64,000 nt of DNA from contig DASWZV010000065.1 of the NCBI GenBank assembly GCA_036407095.1, positions 27,262-91,261 on the forward strand, written 5' to 3'. The notes below the pieces were generated by a model, which saw nothing but the letters and a program-made list of their open reading frames with translations, was not told where the DNA came from and did not search any database. The stretch comes from Vicinamibacterales bacterium (GTDB lineage: Bacteria > Acidobacteriota > Vicinamibacteria > Vicinamibacterales > UBA2999). This document shows positions 46,777 through 55,535 of this stretch, piece by piece. The stretch's first letter is position 1, and each line of letters opens with the position of its first letter. Made by a program: the position numbers and the translations under genes.

Positions 46777-48336
46777 ATGACATCTGATCGAGGGCGCGCG
46801 AGCGCGATCTGGATTGTCGTCGTCGCGGCGGTGGTCGGTTTGACCGCCGCCGGCAATACTTCTCCGCTGATCGAAGCCATCAAGAGCGGCAATGTCGCAA
46901 GTGTGCGCGCGCTCATCAAACAGCACGTCGACGTCAACGCCGCTCTGCCTGATGGCACGACCGCCCTGCACTGGGCCGTTGATGCGAACGCCAGCGAGAT
47001 GGCGCAGCTCCTGATCGCTGCGGGCGCGAAGGCCAACGCCGCCAATCGCTACGGCGTGACACCGCTCACCCTTGCCGCCACCAATGGTAACGCCGCGCTT
47101 GTCGAAGCGCTGCTCAAGGCCGGTGCCAAACCGAACGTCACTGTGGGGGAAGGCGAAACGATCCTCATGACCGCCGCGCGGACGGGGAACGTCGCGACGA
47201 TCAAGGCACTCGTGGCCCACGACGCCGACGTGAACGCCGCCGAACAGTGGCAGGGAGAGACGGCGCTGATGTACGCGGCGATCGAAAACCACGCCGACGC
47301 TGTGAAGCTGCTCGTGGAGCTGGGCGCCAACGTCAACGCGCGATCGAAGAAGCTCGAGTTCCCTGACTTCGTCTTCAAGACGGCGGGCATGATCTACGCC
47401 GTGCAGCCGGTTGGAAGCTGGACGCCGTTGATGTACGCCGCTCGCGACGGCTCGATCGACGCTGCTCGCGCGTTGGCCGCCAGCGGCGCCGATCTGAATC
47501 TGGTCGATCCCGATGGAACGACGGCGTTGACGCTGGCAATCATCAACGGCCACTTCGATACCGCGGTGGCTTTGCTGGAGAAGGGCGCCAATCCGAACGT
47601 GGCCGACAAGAACGGCATGACTCCGCTCTATGCGGCCGTCGACATGAACACCATTCAGACCGTGTGGGGGCGTCCGATGCCCCTGCTCGAGGACGCCCTC
47701 GATCCCGCCGGCATGGTGCGGTCGCTGCTCGGGCATGGAGCGGATCCGAACGTGCCGCTCAAGCGCCCGATCATCGGGCGGCACACGCGGAACACGGGCG
47801 ATCCCTCGCTCAGCCTCGGCACGACAGCGCTCGCGCGTGCGGCCAAGAGTGGCGATGCGAGATTGATGAAGCTGCTGCTCGATGGCGGCGCGAATCCGAA
47901 CCTCACACAAGCCGACTTGACGACCGCGGCGATGATTGCCGCCACCGGCGGCGGGCAGCGTGTCTATCCCGGATCCGCGTCGGTGAGCGTTCCGGCGACC
48001 GAAGCGGATTCACTCGCTGCGATCAAACTGCTCGTGGAAGCGGGCGTCGATCTCGACGCCTTCAACGTGAACGGAGAGACGGCCATCCACCGTGCGGCCG
48101 CTCGTGGAGCCGATTCGATCGTGGCATATCTCGCTGAGCATGGCGCCAGGCTCGATCAGAAGGATCGCCGCGGGCGCACGCCCCTCGACGTGGCGATGGG
48201 TCTCGGTGGTGGTGGTGGCCGCGGAGGCCCCCCTCAGGTGCGCAAGACTACAGCCGATCTGCTGCGCCGGTTGATGCAGGAGCGCGGAATCACTGTGTCG
48301 GCGCAGGCGGCTAACAACGCTGCATCTCCTCAGTAG
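46777..48336 (+). CDS. Secreted ankyrin-repeat protein
   Basis: At least 9 ANK units (TALHWAVDANASEMAQLLIAAGAKANAANRYGVTPLTLAA etc.), an N-terminal signal/TM segment and a Gly-rich GLGGGGGRGGPP near the C-terminus. Confidence 0.85.
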   Translation: MTSDRGRASAIWIVVVAAVVGLTAAGNTSPLIEAIKSGNVASVRALIKQHVDVNAALPDGTTALHWAVDANASEMAQLLIAAGAKANAANRYGVTPLTLAATNGNAALVEALLKAGAKPNVTVGEGETILMTAARTGNVATIKALVAHDADVNAAEQWQGETALMYAAIENHADAVKLLVELGANVNARSKKLEFPDFVFKTAGMIYAVQPVGSWTPLMYAARDGSIDAARALAASGADLNLVDPDGTTALTLAIINGHFDTAVALLEKGANPNVADKNGMTPLYAAVDMNTIQTVWGRPMPLLEDALDPAGMVRSLLGHGADPNVPLKRPIIGRHTRNTGDPSLSLGTTALARAAKSGDARLMKLLLDGGANPNLTQADLTTAAMIAATGGGQRVYPGSASVSVPATEADSLAAIKLLVEAGVDLDAFNVNGETAIHRAAARGADSIVAYLAEHGARLDQKDRRGRTPLDVAMGLGGGGGRGGPPQVRKTTADLLRRLMQERGITVSAQAANNAASPQ

Positions 48337-48360
48337 GTCAAAGGTCAAAGGTCAACCAGG

Positions 48361-49119
48361 TTACCGCGCGCAGGTATCTGCAACTGTCTCCAGCGCGGTG
48401 ACGTTCAATCGGTAGTCGCCTGGCTGTCGATACAGCAGGCCCTTCGCAGCCACTTTGTGGCCCTGGCGCTTCGCAGGAGCGAAGGGCGTTGCGCTGACGA
48501 GCGTGAACGTATCCTCTCCCAACGCGCGGGCCCGTGCGCGTTCGACCTCCCCGGCAGAGACGACGCGCGCGCGGTTGCCGGGGCGGGCACTCGAATGAGT
48601 CAGTACCCATCGATTGTCGGGGCCTGGTTCGAGGCAACCGACGACCTGCACGAACGACAGGTTCTGCAGACCTGGCGCCGTTCCCTTGCGAAGGACTTGT
48701 ATCGTGTCGAGCTTGGCGCCGTTCGTCGTCAACTCGGTGGTGCCAGTCGGAAAGCTGTTGCGCTGGAGGATGTAGGCAAGAATGTCGGCCTTGCTCTCAT
48801 CGCTCACGATGTTCGCGCTGCCCTGCGGCATCTGGTCCCTGATGAAGCTGAAGAGCGCGTCGAGGCTGCCGTCCAGCCAGTTCGACAAGAACTTGTCGCC
48901 GACCAGCGTCGGCCCGCGCTCCGATCCGCTCAGATCCGAGTTGTGACAGCGCGAGCAACTGACATCGAAGGTGGCCTTGCCGCGCCCGGCTTGCGTCGTT
49001 GTATAGACACCATCCCAGACGCTGACGAGCGAGTCGCCGTCCTGCGCGTGCAACAGCGATGCGTTCATCGCTGCGGTCAGTGCTGCCGACGCGAGACAGA
49101 TTGGAAGCGTCCTGCGCAC
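48361..49119 (-). CDS. Secreted c-type cytochrome domain protein
   Basis: CSRCH haem motif. I trimmed the start to the GTG at 49119, which has GAGGAGGG about 9 nt upstream and gives the signal peptide VRRTLPICLASAALTAAMNASLLHAQ. The longer track ORF overlaps the PNPOx-like gene. Confidence 0.7.
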   Translation of the reverse strand: MRRTLPICLASAALTAAMNASLLHAQDGDSLVSVWDGVYTTTQAGRGKATFDVSCSRCHNSDLSGSERGPTLVGDKFLSNWLDGSLDALFSFIRDQMPQGSANIVSDESKADILAYILQRNSFPTGTTELTTNGAKLDTIQVLRKGTAPGLQNLSFVQVVGCLEPGPDNRWVLTHSSARPGNRARVVSAGEVERARARALGEDTFTLVSATPFAPAKRQGHKVAAKGLLYRQPGDYRLNVTALETVADTCAR

Positions 49120-49296
49120 GTCCGAATGCCCTCCTCGGCCCGGCCTAACGGAATGGGCAGGCAGAGTATCACACGCCACTTCGTCGAGCGGCCTTCGGGT
49201 TAAATTAGCACCATGCCGAATCTCCGCGACGCGCGGAAACTGATCGAGTTTGCGTGCGGCGAGGGCAATCTCAGCGCGGCGCTCGCGGGACACTGA

Positions 49297-49755
49297 ATGA
49301 CTCGCAAGGAACTGCTGTCGTTCATGCGCAGCGAGCGCTGGGCGACCCAGGCGAGCGTGACACCCTATCACGGCGTCCAGGCCGCCGTGGTGGGCATCGC
49401 CGTCTCGGACGACTTCGAGATTGTCTTCGACACGCTGACCGATTCGCGCAAGGCGAAGAACCTGCGCGCGAATCCCTCGATCGCGTTCGTCATCGGCGCC
49501 ATCGGGGAAGGCGTCGAACGCACCGTGCAGTACGAGGGAATCGCCGACATGCCGTCTGGCGACGAGCTGAGGCGCATCCGCGAGGTCTACTTCGACGTGT
49601 TCCCGGACGGGCGCGAGCGCCTCACCTGGGCCGGCCTGATCCACGTGCGCGTGAAGCCGACGTGGATCCGCTACAGCAACTACGCTCCGCAACCGCCGCT
49701 CATCGTCGAGTTCGACGGCTCGGCCCTGCGGGCTCTGGTGAACCAATTTCCATGA
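49297..49755 (+). CDS. Pyridoxamine 5'-phosphate oxidase-like FMN-binding split-barrel protein
   Basis: LLSFMRSERWATQASV...VVGIAVSDDFEIVFDTLTDSRKAKNLRANPSIAFVIG. Confidence 0.75.
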   Translation: MTRKELLSFMRSERWATQASVTPYHGVQAAVVGIAVSDDFEIVFDTLTDSRKAKNLRANPSIAFVIGAIGEGVERTVQYEGIADMPSGDELRRIREVYFDVFPDGRERLTWAGLIHVRVKPTWIRYSNYAPQPPLIVEFDGSALRALVNQFP

Positions 49756-49820
49756 TCGGTACGTCTTCCCACACCAGAGAAGAGGCTCGGAGGCTCGCCT
49801 GAGATTGCGAGGGCACTCGC

Positions 49821-50867
49821 ATGAAGGTAGCGATCAATTTGCCCTGGCTGGTGCGCATCAAGCCTGGCGCACTGCAGCGCCTGGGACTTTACTTAGCGCG
49901 CTTTCGCCTGACACCCGTCGCTCTGTTTTACAGCGACGGCCTGTTGCACTCCATCCTCGACGTGGCTCGACAGAGCCTTCGGGAGCACGGCATCGATCCG
50001 GCTTTGTTCCATGAAGTGAAGGAGGCCAGCGTAGAAGAGGCGGTGCGCCTGCTGGGCGCAGTGCCTTCTTCGTGCAAGACGATAATCGGAGTCGGTGGCG
50101 GCAAGGCGCTCGACGTGGCGAAATATACGGCCTCGCTGGCTGGACTGCCCTTCTTCGCTGTGCCGACTTCCCTTTCCAACGACGGTTTCTGCTCGCCACA
50201 GGCGAGTTTGACACTGGAGGGCAACCGCCGATCCGTGCCCACCAGTCTTCCTGAAGCGGTCGTGGTCGATCTCGCCATCTGTCAACGGGCACCGTTGACG
50301 GTCTGGCATTCTGGGGTTGGCGATTTGTCTTCCAAGTTCACAGCCGTTTCGGACTGGAAGCTCGCGTTTCACAGGCGGGGTGTTCCAGTAAACGATCTGG
50401 CTGCGTTGATGTCCGATGCCAGCGTCTTTCAGTTCATCGCATATCCCGTGTCGGACGAACAGGGAATTCGGCTTCTGGCGACGGCGCTCATGCTGAACGG
50501 CATTGCCATGGAGATCGCCGGGTCGTCGCGACCAGCAAGTGGAAGTGAGCACCTCATTTCTCATGCGCTTGATTTGACCGGGGCGAGGCAGCGGCTCCAT
50601 GGCCTGCAGACCGGGATGGCCGCCTATCTCGTCAGCAGCCTGCAGATCGGCAGGCACCACCAGACAATCGGGGAGTTGTTCGCGCGAACAGGCTTCTGGA
50701 AATCCATCCGAACGCAGCCCTTCTCCAAAGAGGAATGGAGGATCGCCGTGGAACGAGCGCCCTCGATGAAAGAGGACTTTTACACAATCCTCTCCGGGCG
50801 AGAGGTGTGGCGAGAGTTCGCCAGGATGATCGCGCACGACGCAGCCCTCGTTGGATGCTTTGAATGA
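49821..50867 (+). CDS. sn-Glycerol-1-phosphate dehydrogenase-like (EgsA/AraM family, iron-ADH superfamily)
   Basis: GVGGGKALDVAKY, FFAVPTSLSNDGFCSPQASL (PT..S.DG..SP.AS pattern) and SGSEHLISHALD. Confidence 0.75.
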   Translation: MKVAINLPWLVRIKPGALQRLGLYLARFRLTPVALFYSDGLLHSILDVARQSLREHGIDPALFHEVKEASVEEAVRLLGAVPSSCKTIIGVGGGKALDVAKYTASLAGLPFFAVPTSLSNDGFCSPQASLTLEGNRRSVPTSLPEAVVVDLAICQRAPLTVWHSGVGDLSSKFTAVSDWKLAFHRRGVPVNDLAALMSDASVFQFIAYPVSDEQGIRLLATALMLNGIAMEIAGSSRPASGSEHLISHALDLTGARQRLHGLQTGMAAYLVSSLQIGRHHQTIGELFARTGFWKSIRTQPFSKEEWRIAVERAPSMKEDFYTILSGREVWREFARMIAHDAALVGCFE

Positions 50868-50870
50868 GGG

Positions 50871-51218
50871 CTAGAGGATTTCTTTGAGTCTCTCCGCTGG
50901 ACGCGCGAGGATCGCGCGCGCGCCTTTCTCGACGATTGGCCGCTGAATCAGATCGGGGTTCTTCACCATCAGATCGACGATCTCATCGTCGGTGAGTTCG
51001 CGCTCGGCGAGGCGAAGCGCCTTGTAGACAGGCTCCCTGGTGCGCAGCTGCTCACGCGGTGATACGCCCATCTTGCGAAGCAGGTCGAGCAGCTTCTTCT
51101 TGGGAATCGGATCGACGTAATAGTCGACGGCGTCGAAGTCGACACCGCTCTCGACGAGCGCCGCGTGAACCTGCCGGCATGTCGTGCAGGTCGGCTTCTG
51201 ATAAATGACGATCTTCAT
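50871..51218 (-). CDS. ArsC/Spx/YffB-family thioredoxin-fold protein
   Basis: MKIVIYQKPTCTTCRQVHAALVESGVDFDAVDY...LIQRPIV. The start was trimmed and forms an ATGA overlap with the upstream gene. Confidence 0.8.
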   Translation of the reverse strand: MKIVIYQKPTCTTCRQVHAALVESGVDFDAVDYYVDPIPKKKLLDLLRKMGVSPREQLRTREPVYKALRLAERELTDDEIVDLMVKNPDLIQRPIVEKGARAILARPAERLKEIL

Positions 51219-51826
51219 CGGTGCTGAAGCGCGCGGCACGCCGCGATGAATTCTTCGCGCGATCCGTAGCGCAAGGTGACCTGCGCGGTGCCGGCGTCCG
51301 CCGTCGAGGTGACACGGCGGATCTCCCCGGCAGGCGTGAATACGGTCGTGAACGAGTTGTCGGTGTGGAGCTCGAGCGCCGGGCCATGCCATGCGCCACG
51401 CAGCGCGACGACCCAACCGGACGGCAGCCGCACGGGTGTGCCGCCAGTCAGACCGATCGTCGTCTGCGCGCCCTCTGTGGCCCACCAGCTGTCGACGATG
51501 CCGGTCAGCTTGAATTTATGTGTGCCGCCCGAGGCAGTGCACAGCTCGGCGGTGCCGCGTAAGTTGTCGGACCTGCCATGGGCGCCGGCGCTGCGGTAAT
51601 TCGCCGGCATCTCGCCGGTGAGCATGTTGCCCATCAGGTGCGCGAACAGGACGTACCGCCCGCCGTTGCTCGCCTGCACCCCGCCGTAGCCGTCCCATTG
51701 CTGGTCCCAGGTCGATCGGCCTCCGATGTGCAGCGCCCAGGGCGTTCCGCCCGCGTACATGCCGCCGATCACCACGATCATGAGTACGAGAAACGCGAGC
51801 CCGCTAGCCTTGGGTCCGAGTGGCAT
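51215..51826 (-). CDS. Membrane-anchored hypothetical protein
   Basis: N-terminal TM segment GLAFLVLMIVVIGGMYAGG. Translationally coupled (ATGA) to the ArsC-like gene. Confidence 0.55.
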   Translation of the reverse strand: MPLGPKASGLAFLVLMIVVIGGMYAGGTPWALHIGGRSTWDQQWDGYGGVQASNGGRYVLFAHLMGNMLTGEMPANYRSAGAHGRSDNLRGTAELCTASGGTHKFKLTGIVDSWWATEGAQTTIGLTGGTPVRLPSGWVVALRGAWHGPALELHTDNSFTTVFTPAGEIRRVTSTADAGTAQVTLRYGSREEFIAACRALQHR

Positions 51827-52081
51827 CGCGACCGATTATAGGTGCCCTGCCTTGTCGCAGTGCTCCTCGGGCTTCTGGTCAGCACCCCCGCGCCCAGGAG
51901 GCGCTTACGACGAAGCAGCGTATCGTCAATCACGCGATGACGCACTCGAACGTAACGCGGAATTGCGTGCGCGAGCGGCCTGCGTCGTTCTCATCCAGCC
52001 GCCCGCAAAGAAGTTTCATATCGATCCGCTCGTCGTCATGCGCGGGAATTCAACGCGCTTCGTGAGCTCGAGCGATCGATT

Positions 52082-52444
52082 ATGTGGACATGCAGCAAGT
52101 GCCGGGAATCGGGAGACGATTTCCTGAATGTGTGCTGGAACTGCGGCACATCGCAGGACGGTGTGGAAGACCCGACGTTTCGACCTGTGGCTGCGGAACG
52201 CGCCGCATCCCAAACGAGTGACGTGAAGGGTCAGCCTACTGAACGGCATCCGATCGCGTGTCCCCGCTGCGAGCGAAAGCTCGAGCATGTCGGCACGAGG
52301 CGCTTCCACGAAGGTACGAATTGGGGAGTGCTCGGCGAGCTCGGCGAGCTGTTCGTGAAACGCGAACGCTTTGACGTGTACGTGTGCCCGCGCTGCGGCC
52401 GGGTGGAATTCTTCGTCGACGGCATCGGTGAGGAATACCGCTAG
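52082..52444 (+). CDS. Double zinc-ribbon small protein
   Basis: Four CxxC pairs: CSKC...CWNC and CPRC...CPRC. Third codon positions are G/C-rich. Confidence 0.6.
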   Translation: MWTCSKCRESGDDFLNVCWNCGTSQDGVEDPTFRPVAAERAASQTSDVKGQPTERHPIACPRCERKLEHVGTRRFHEGTNWGVLGELGELFVKRERFDVYVCPRCGRVEFFVDGIGEEYR

Positions 52445-52509
52445 CGATCCGGCGACTCCGACGAGTTCAATCATCAGCCGCGAGCGTCGCCCGTAGTCTT
52501 CAGCCGGAC

Positions 52510-55142
52510 CTATTCGTACCGCAGCGCGCGCACGGGATCGATGCGCATGGCGCGCCGTGCCGGCACGTAGCTCGCCGCGCACGCGGCTGCGGCGAACACC
52601 AGCATGACGCCGCCATAGGCGATCGGGTCGAGCGGGCTCACGCCGAAGAGCGCGCTGCGGAGCACGAGCGATGCGGCCATCGCCCCGATGCCACCAACGC
52701 ACAGACCGGCTATCACTGCCTTCGAGTTCGACACCAGGACGAGACCAATCACCTCGCGTGCGCTCGCGCCGAGCGCGATCCGGATTCCGATCTCGCGCGT
52801 CCGCTGGCGGACGGCGAACGAGAACACGCCCAGCATGCCGACAGTGGCCACGCCGAGCGCGAACCCGCCGAGCGTCGACGCCATCAGCGGCGCCAGGCTG
52901 AGGCCTCCAAGCCAGTCTTCCAGCCGGTCGCGAAGCGCCGTGATCTCGACGCGAATACCCGGGTCGATCCGCTGGGCCGCTGTGGCGACGGTCGCAACCG
53001 CCGACGGATCGTCGGTGGAGAACAGCAGTCGCGGCAGACGGCCGTCCTGCTGCGGGTGCTCTCCGGGCGGGAGAAACATGAGCGGCTGAATCGCCCGCAT
53101 CTCGGCAACGTGCGAGTCGGCAACGACGCCGACGATCTCCAACACCGTGTGATCGCCCGTGCCGTAGAACGTCTGACCGACGACGCGTCCATCCGGCCAG
53201 TTCTGGCGGGCCATCGTTTGATTCACGATCACGACGTTCCGCCGTTCGTCGCCGTCGACGAAGTCGCGGCCATCGAGAATCGGGATGCCGAGCGTGGCGA
53301 AATATCCCGGTGAGATCCTCAGGAACTCGATCGTTCGCGTCTGCTGCACGCTCTCGTTGGGAAGGCGCATGCCGGAGAAGCTGCTGCTGTCTCCGAAAGG
53401 CTCGTTGGTAACGAAGCCGAACCGCGACACGCGCGCACGACGGAGCTCCGCGGTCAGATCGGCAAGCAGGGCCCGCGAACGAGCCTCATCGTACGTTGTC
53501 TCCTCCTCTATGCTCGCGATGGCGACGGCGTCGACGCGAAAACCGGGATCGAGGACGCGAGCCTGCGTCACGCCGCGCAGCAGCAATCCAGCGCTCGCCA
53601 GCAGCACGACGATACGGCCACCTGCACGGCGAGCAGCGCGCTTCTCAGTGGAAACCTCGACTTGAGCAGTCGCGCATCGTCTTTCAACGCGGCGGCGATG
53701 TCCAGCCTCGTGGCGTGGAGGGCCGGCGCCAGCGCGAACGCGATGCAGGAAATCGCGGCCAGCATCAACACGTACAGGAAGACCCATCGGTCGACATCGA
53801 TGTCGAACGGCCGTGCCTCGCCCGACAGCAACCGGAGCGCGATCGGCGGCAGCCAGATCGCCATGAGCATCCCTACCAGGCCAGCGACGAGGGCGAGCAC
53901 GAAGCCTTCCGTCAGGAGCTGGCGAACGATTCGCGCCCGGTCCGCGCCAAGCGAAAGGCGGACCCCGATCTCGCCAAGCCGCGCCGCCGCGCGCGCGAGC
54001 AGGAGGTTCCCGACGTTGGCACAGGCGATCAGCAGCACGAGGACAACGCCAAGGAACAACGCACCGAGAATCGCGAGCGCCGTGCCGGCCGCACGGCGTC
54101 CAGTCAGGAACTGCGTGCCGCCGAGCACGAGCGGCCGCCCCGGCAGGTTCATGCTCGCGCGAAACCGGCGGCCCAGCACGTCAACTTCCGCTCGCGCCTC
54201 GTCGTCTGTCACATCGCGCGCGAGCCGCCCGGTCACAGTCACGCAACAATCCTGCGGCCGATCGAGGATGCCGGCCGCGAACCCATCGTTCGGCCGCACC
54301 AGCGGCATCGCGGAGATCGGCAGCCAGATGCGCTGCGCCGCGCCCGCGGGGCCGACGAACGCTGGCGGAGCTACGCCGACGATCGTGAATGCGATCCCGT
54401 TTATGCGCGTGTCCCGTCCGACGACAGCGGGATCGCTGCCGAATCGCGTTCGCCAAAGCGCGTCGCTCAGAATCGCGACGGTCTGCACCGATCCGCGGCC
54501 GTCTTCGCCCGGCAGGAATCCGCGCCCATGCGCCATCCGGACGCCAAGCACGTCGAAGTAATTGGCGGTCACGAAGTACGACGTCGTCGATCGGCCGGTG
54601 CCGCCGGTTTCGAGACGCACCGACATCGGGTGAGCGGCGGCAAGTCCAGCAAACGTCTTCGACTGCGCGGCGAGAAACGCGTACTCCGGAAACGACAGGC
54701 CGCTGGTGCCGCCGATGCGCGGAGGATTGACACTGGACACGATGACCACGCGGTCGGGATCGATCAGTCCGGCCATCGGTCGAAACGCGAGGCCGGCGAA
54801 CACCGTGAACAGGCTCGCGTTGAAGCCGATAGCCACGCCGAGCACGACCAGCGCCGTCAGCGTGAACGCAGGCTGGCGTGTGAGGCTGCGAACGGTGTAG
54901 CTGACATCCTGCCGCGCGCTCCCGAGCCACGGCCAGATCCACACTGCCCGCGCGTCCTCACGCGCACGCGTCATGTTGCCGATCTCGCGGCGCGCCGCGA
55001 CGCGCGCGTCGCCGGCCGTCATCCCGTCGCGCTCGAGCGCCTCCTGTTTCATCGCCAGATGAAACTCGAGCTCCTCGTCGAGTGCCGCGTCGCGCTGCCG
55101 CGATCGAATCCAGTAGAGGAGGCGACGAACGAGGCTTCGCAT
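52510..55142 (-). pseudogene. ADOP-family permease interrupted by a single-base frameshift near 53614
   Basis: The two ORFs 53568-55142 and 52510-53787 together reconstitute one full ADOP architecture. The junction falls in TM5: ...LRSALLAVQVAV | (I)VVLLASAGLLLRGV. This aligns residue-for-residue with LVVTEIALAVILLSGAGLLIRS of the intact paralogue at 8624-11050. Confidence 0.75.
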
Positions 55143-55483
55143 CACGACGCCGCCAGCACTTTGTGAATCGCCACGATGATGCGATCGAACTCCTCGCGCT
55201 CGGCGGCCAGCCGCCTGCGCCCGATCGCGGTGAGCGTGTAGAAGCGGGCCCGCCGGTTGTTCTCCGACGCGCCCCATTCGGCTTTGACGCAGCCGCTCAA
55301 CAACAAGCGCTGCAGCGCGGGATAGAGTGAGCTCTCGCCGACCTGCAGGACTTCGTCCGATGCCGCCTTGAGATGCTGCGCGATGCCGTAGCCGTGCATC
55401 GAGTCGCGCGCCAGGATCTTGAGGATCAGGAGATCGAGCGTGCCGGGCAGCAGATCGGGCGGCGGCGTGGTCTTGGCCATCAC
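55142..55483 (-). CDS. PadR-family transcriptional regulator
   Basis: GTLDLLILKILARDSMHGYGIAQHL...GESSLYPALQRLLLSGCV...RRARFYTLTAIGRRRL. Its stop overlaps the permease start (TGATG). Confidence 0.85.
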   Translation of the reverse strand: MMAKTTPPPDLLPGTLDLLILKILARDSMHGYGIAQHLKAASDEVLQVGESSLYPALQRLLLSGCVKAEWGASENNRRARFYTLTAIGRRRLAAEREEFDRIIVAIHKVLAAS

Positions 55484-55535
55484 TCTCCCATCGATAAACG
55501 ATGGGGAGCATCATCCGCGTTCCCGAGCCGCGAAG

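Noticed and set aside
46585-47910. 441-aa minus-strand ORF opposite the ankyrin and DUF1552 genes
   Set aside because: It crosses a gene boundary and lies opposite clear ANK repeats. It is a shadow ORF.
49120-49746. N-terminal 209 codons of the 461-aa minus-strand ORF 48361-49746
   Set aside because: This part overlaps the clearly recognisable PNPOx-like gene on the plus strand. The internal GTG at 49119 has a strong RBS and yields a signal peptide directly before the CxxCH domain.
52016-52702. 228-aa minus-strand ORF covering the zinc-ribbon gene and the permease 3' end
   Set aside because: It is Arg-rich and overlaps two better-supported genes. The four CxxC pairs in the plus-strand frame are very unlikely to be accidental.
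53496-55166. 556-aa plus-strand ORF opposite the ADOP permease pseudogene
   Set aside because: The composition is extreme in Arg/Glu/His. The minus-strand frames align to the intact paralogue in the same window.
55143-55514. Upstream extension of the permease ORF through the PadR gene
   Set aside because: The PadR frame carries the complete winged-helix signature. The family-typical permease N-terminus (MRSLVRRLLYWIRSR...) begins at 55142.
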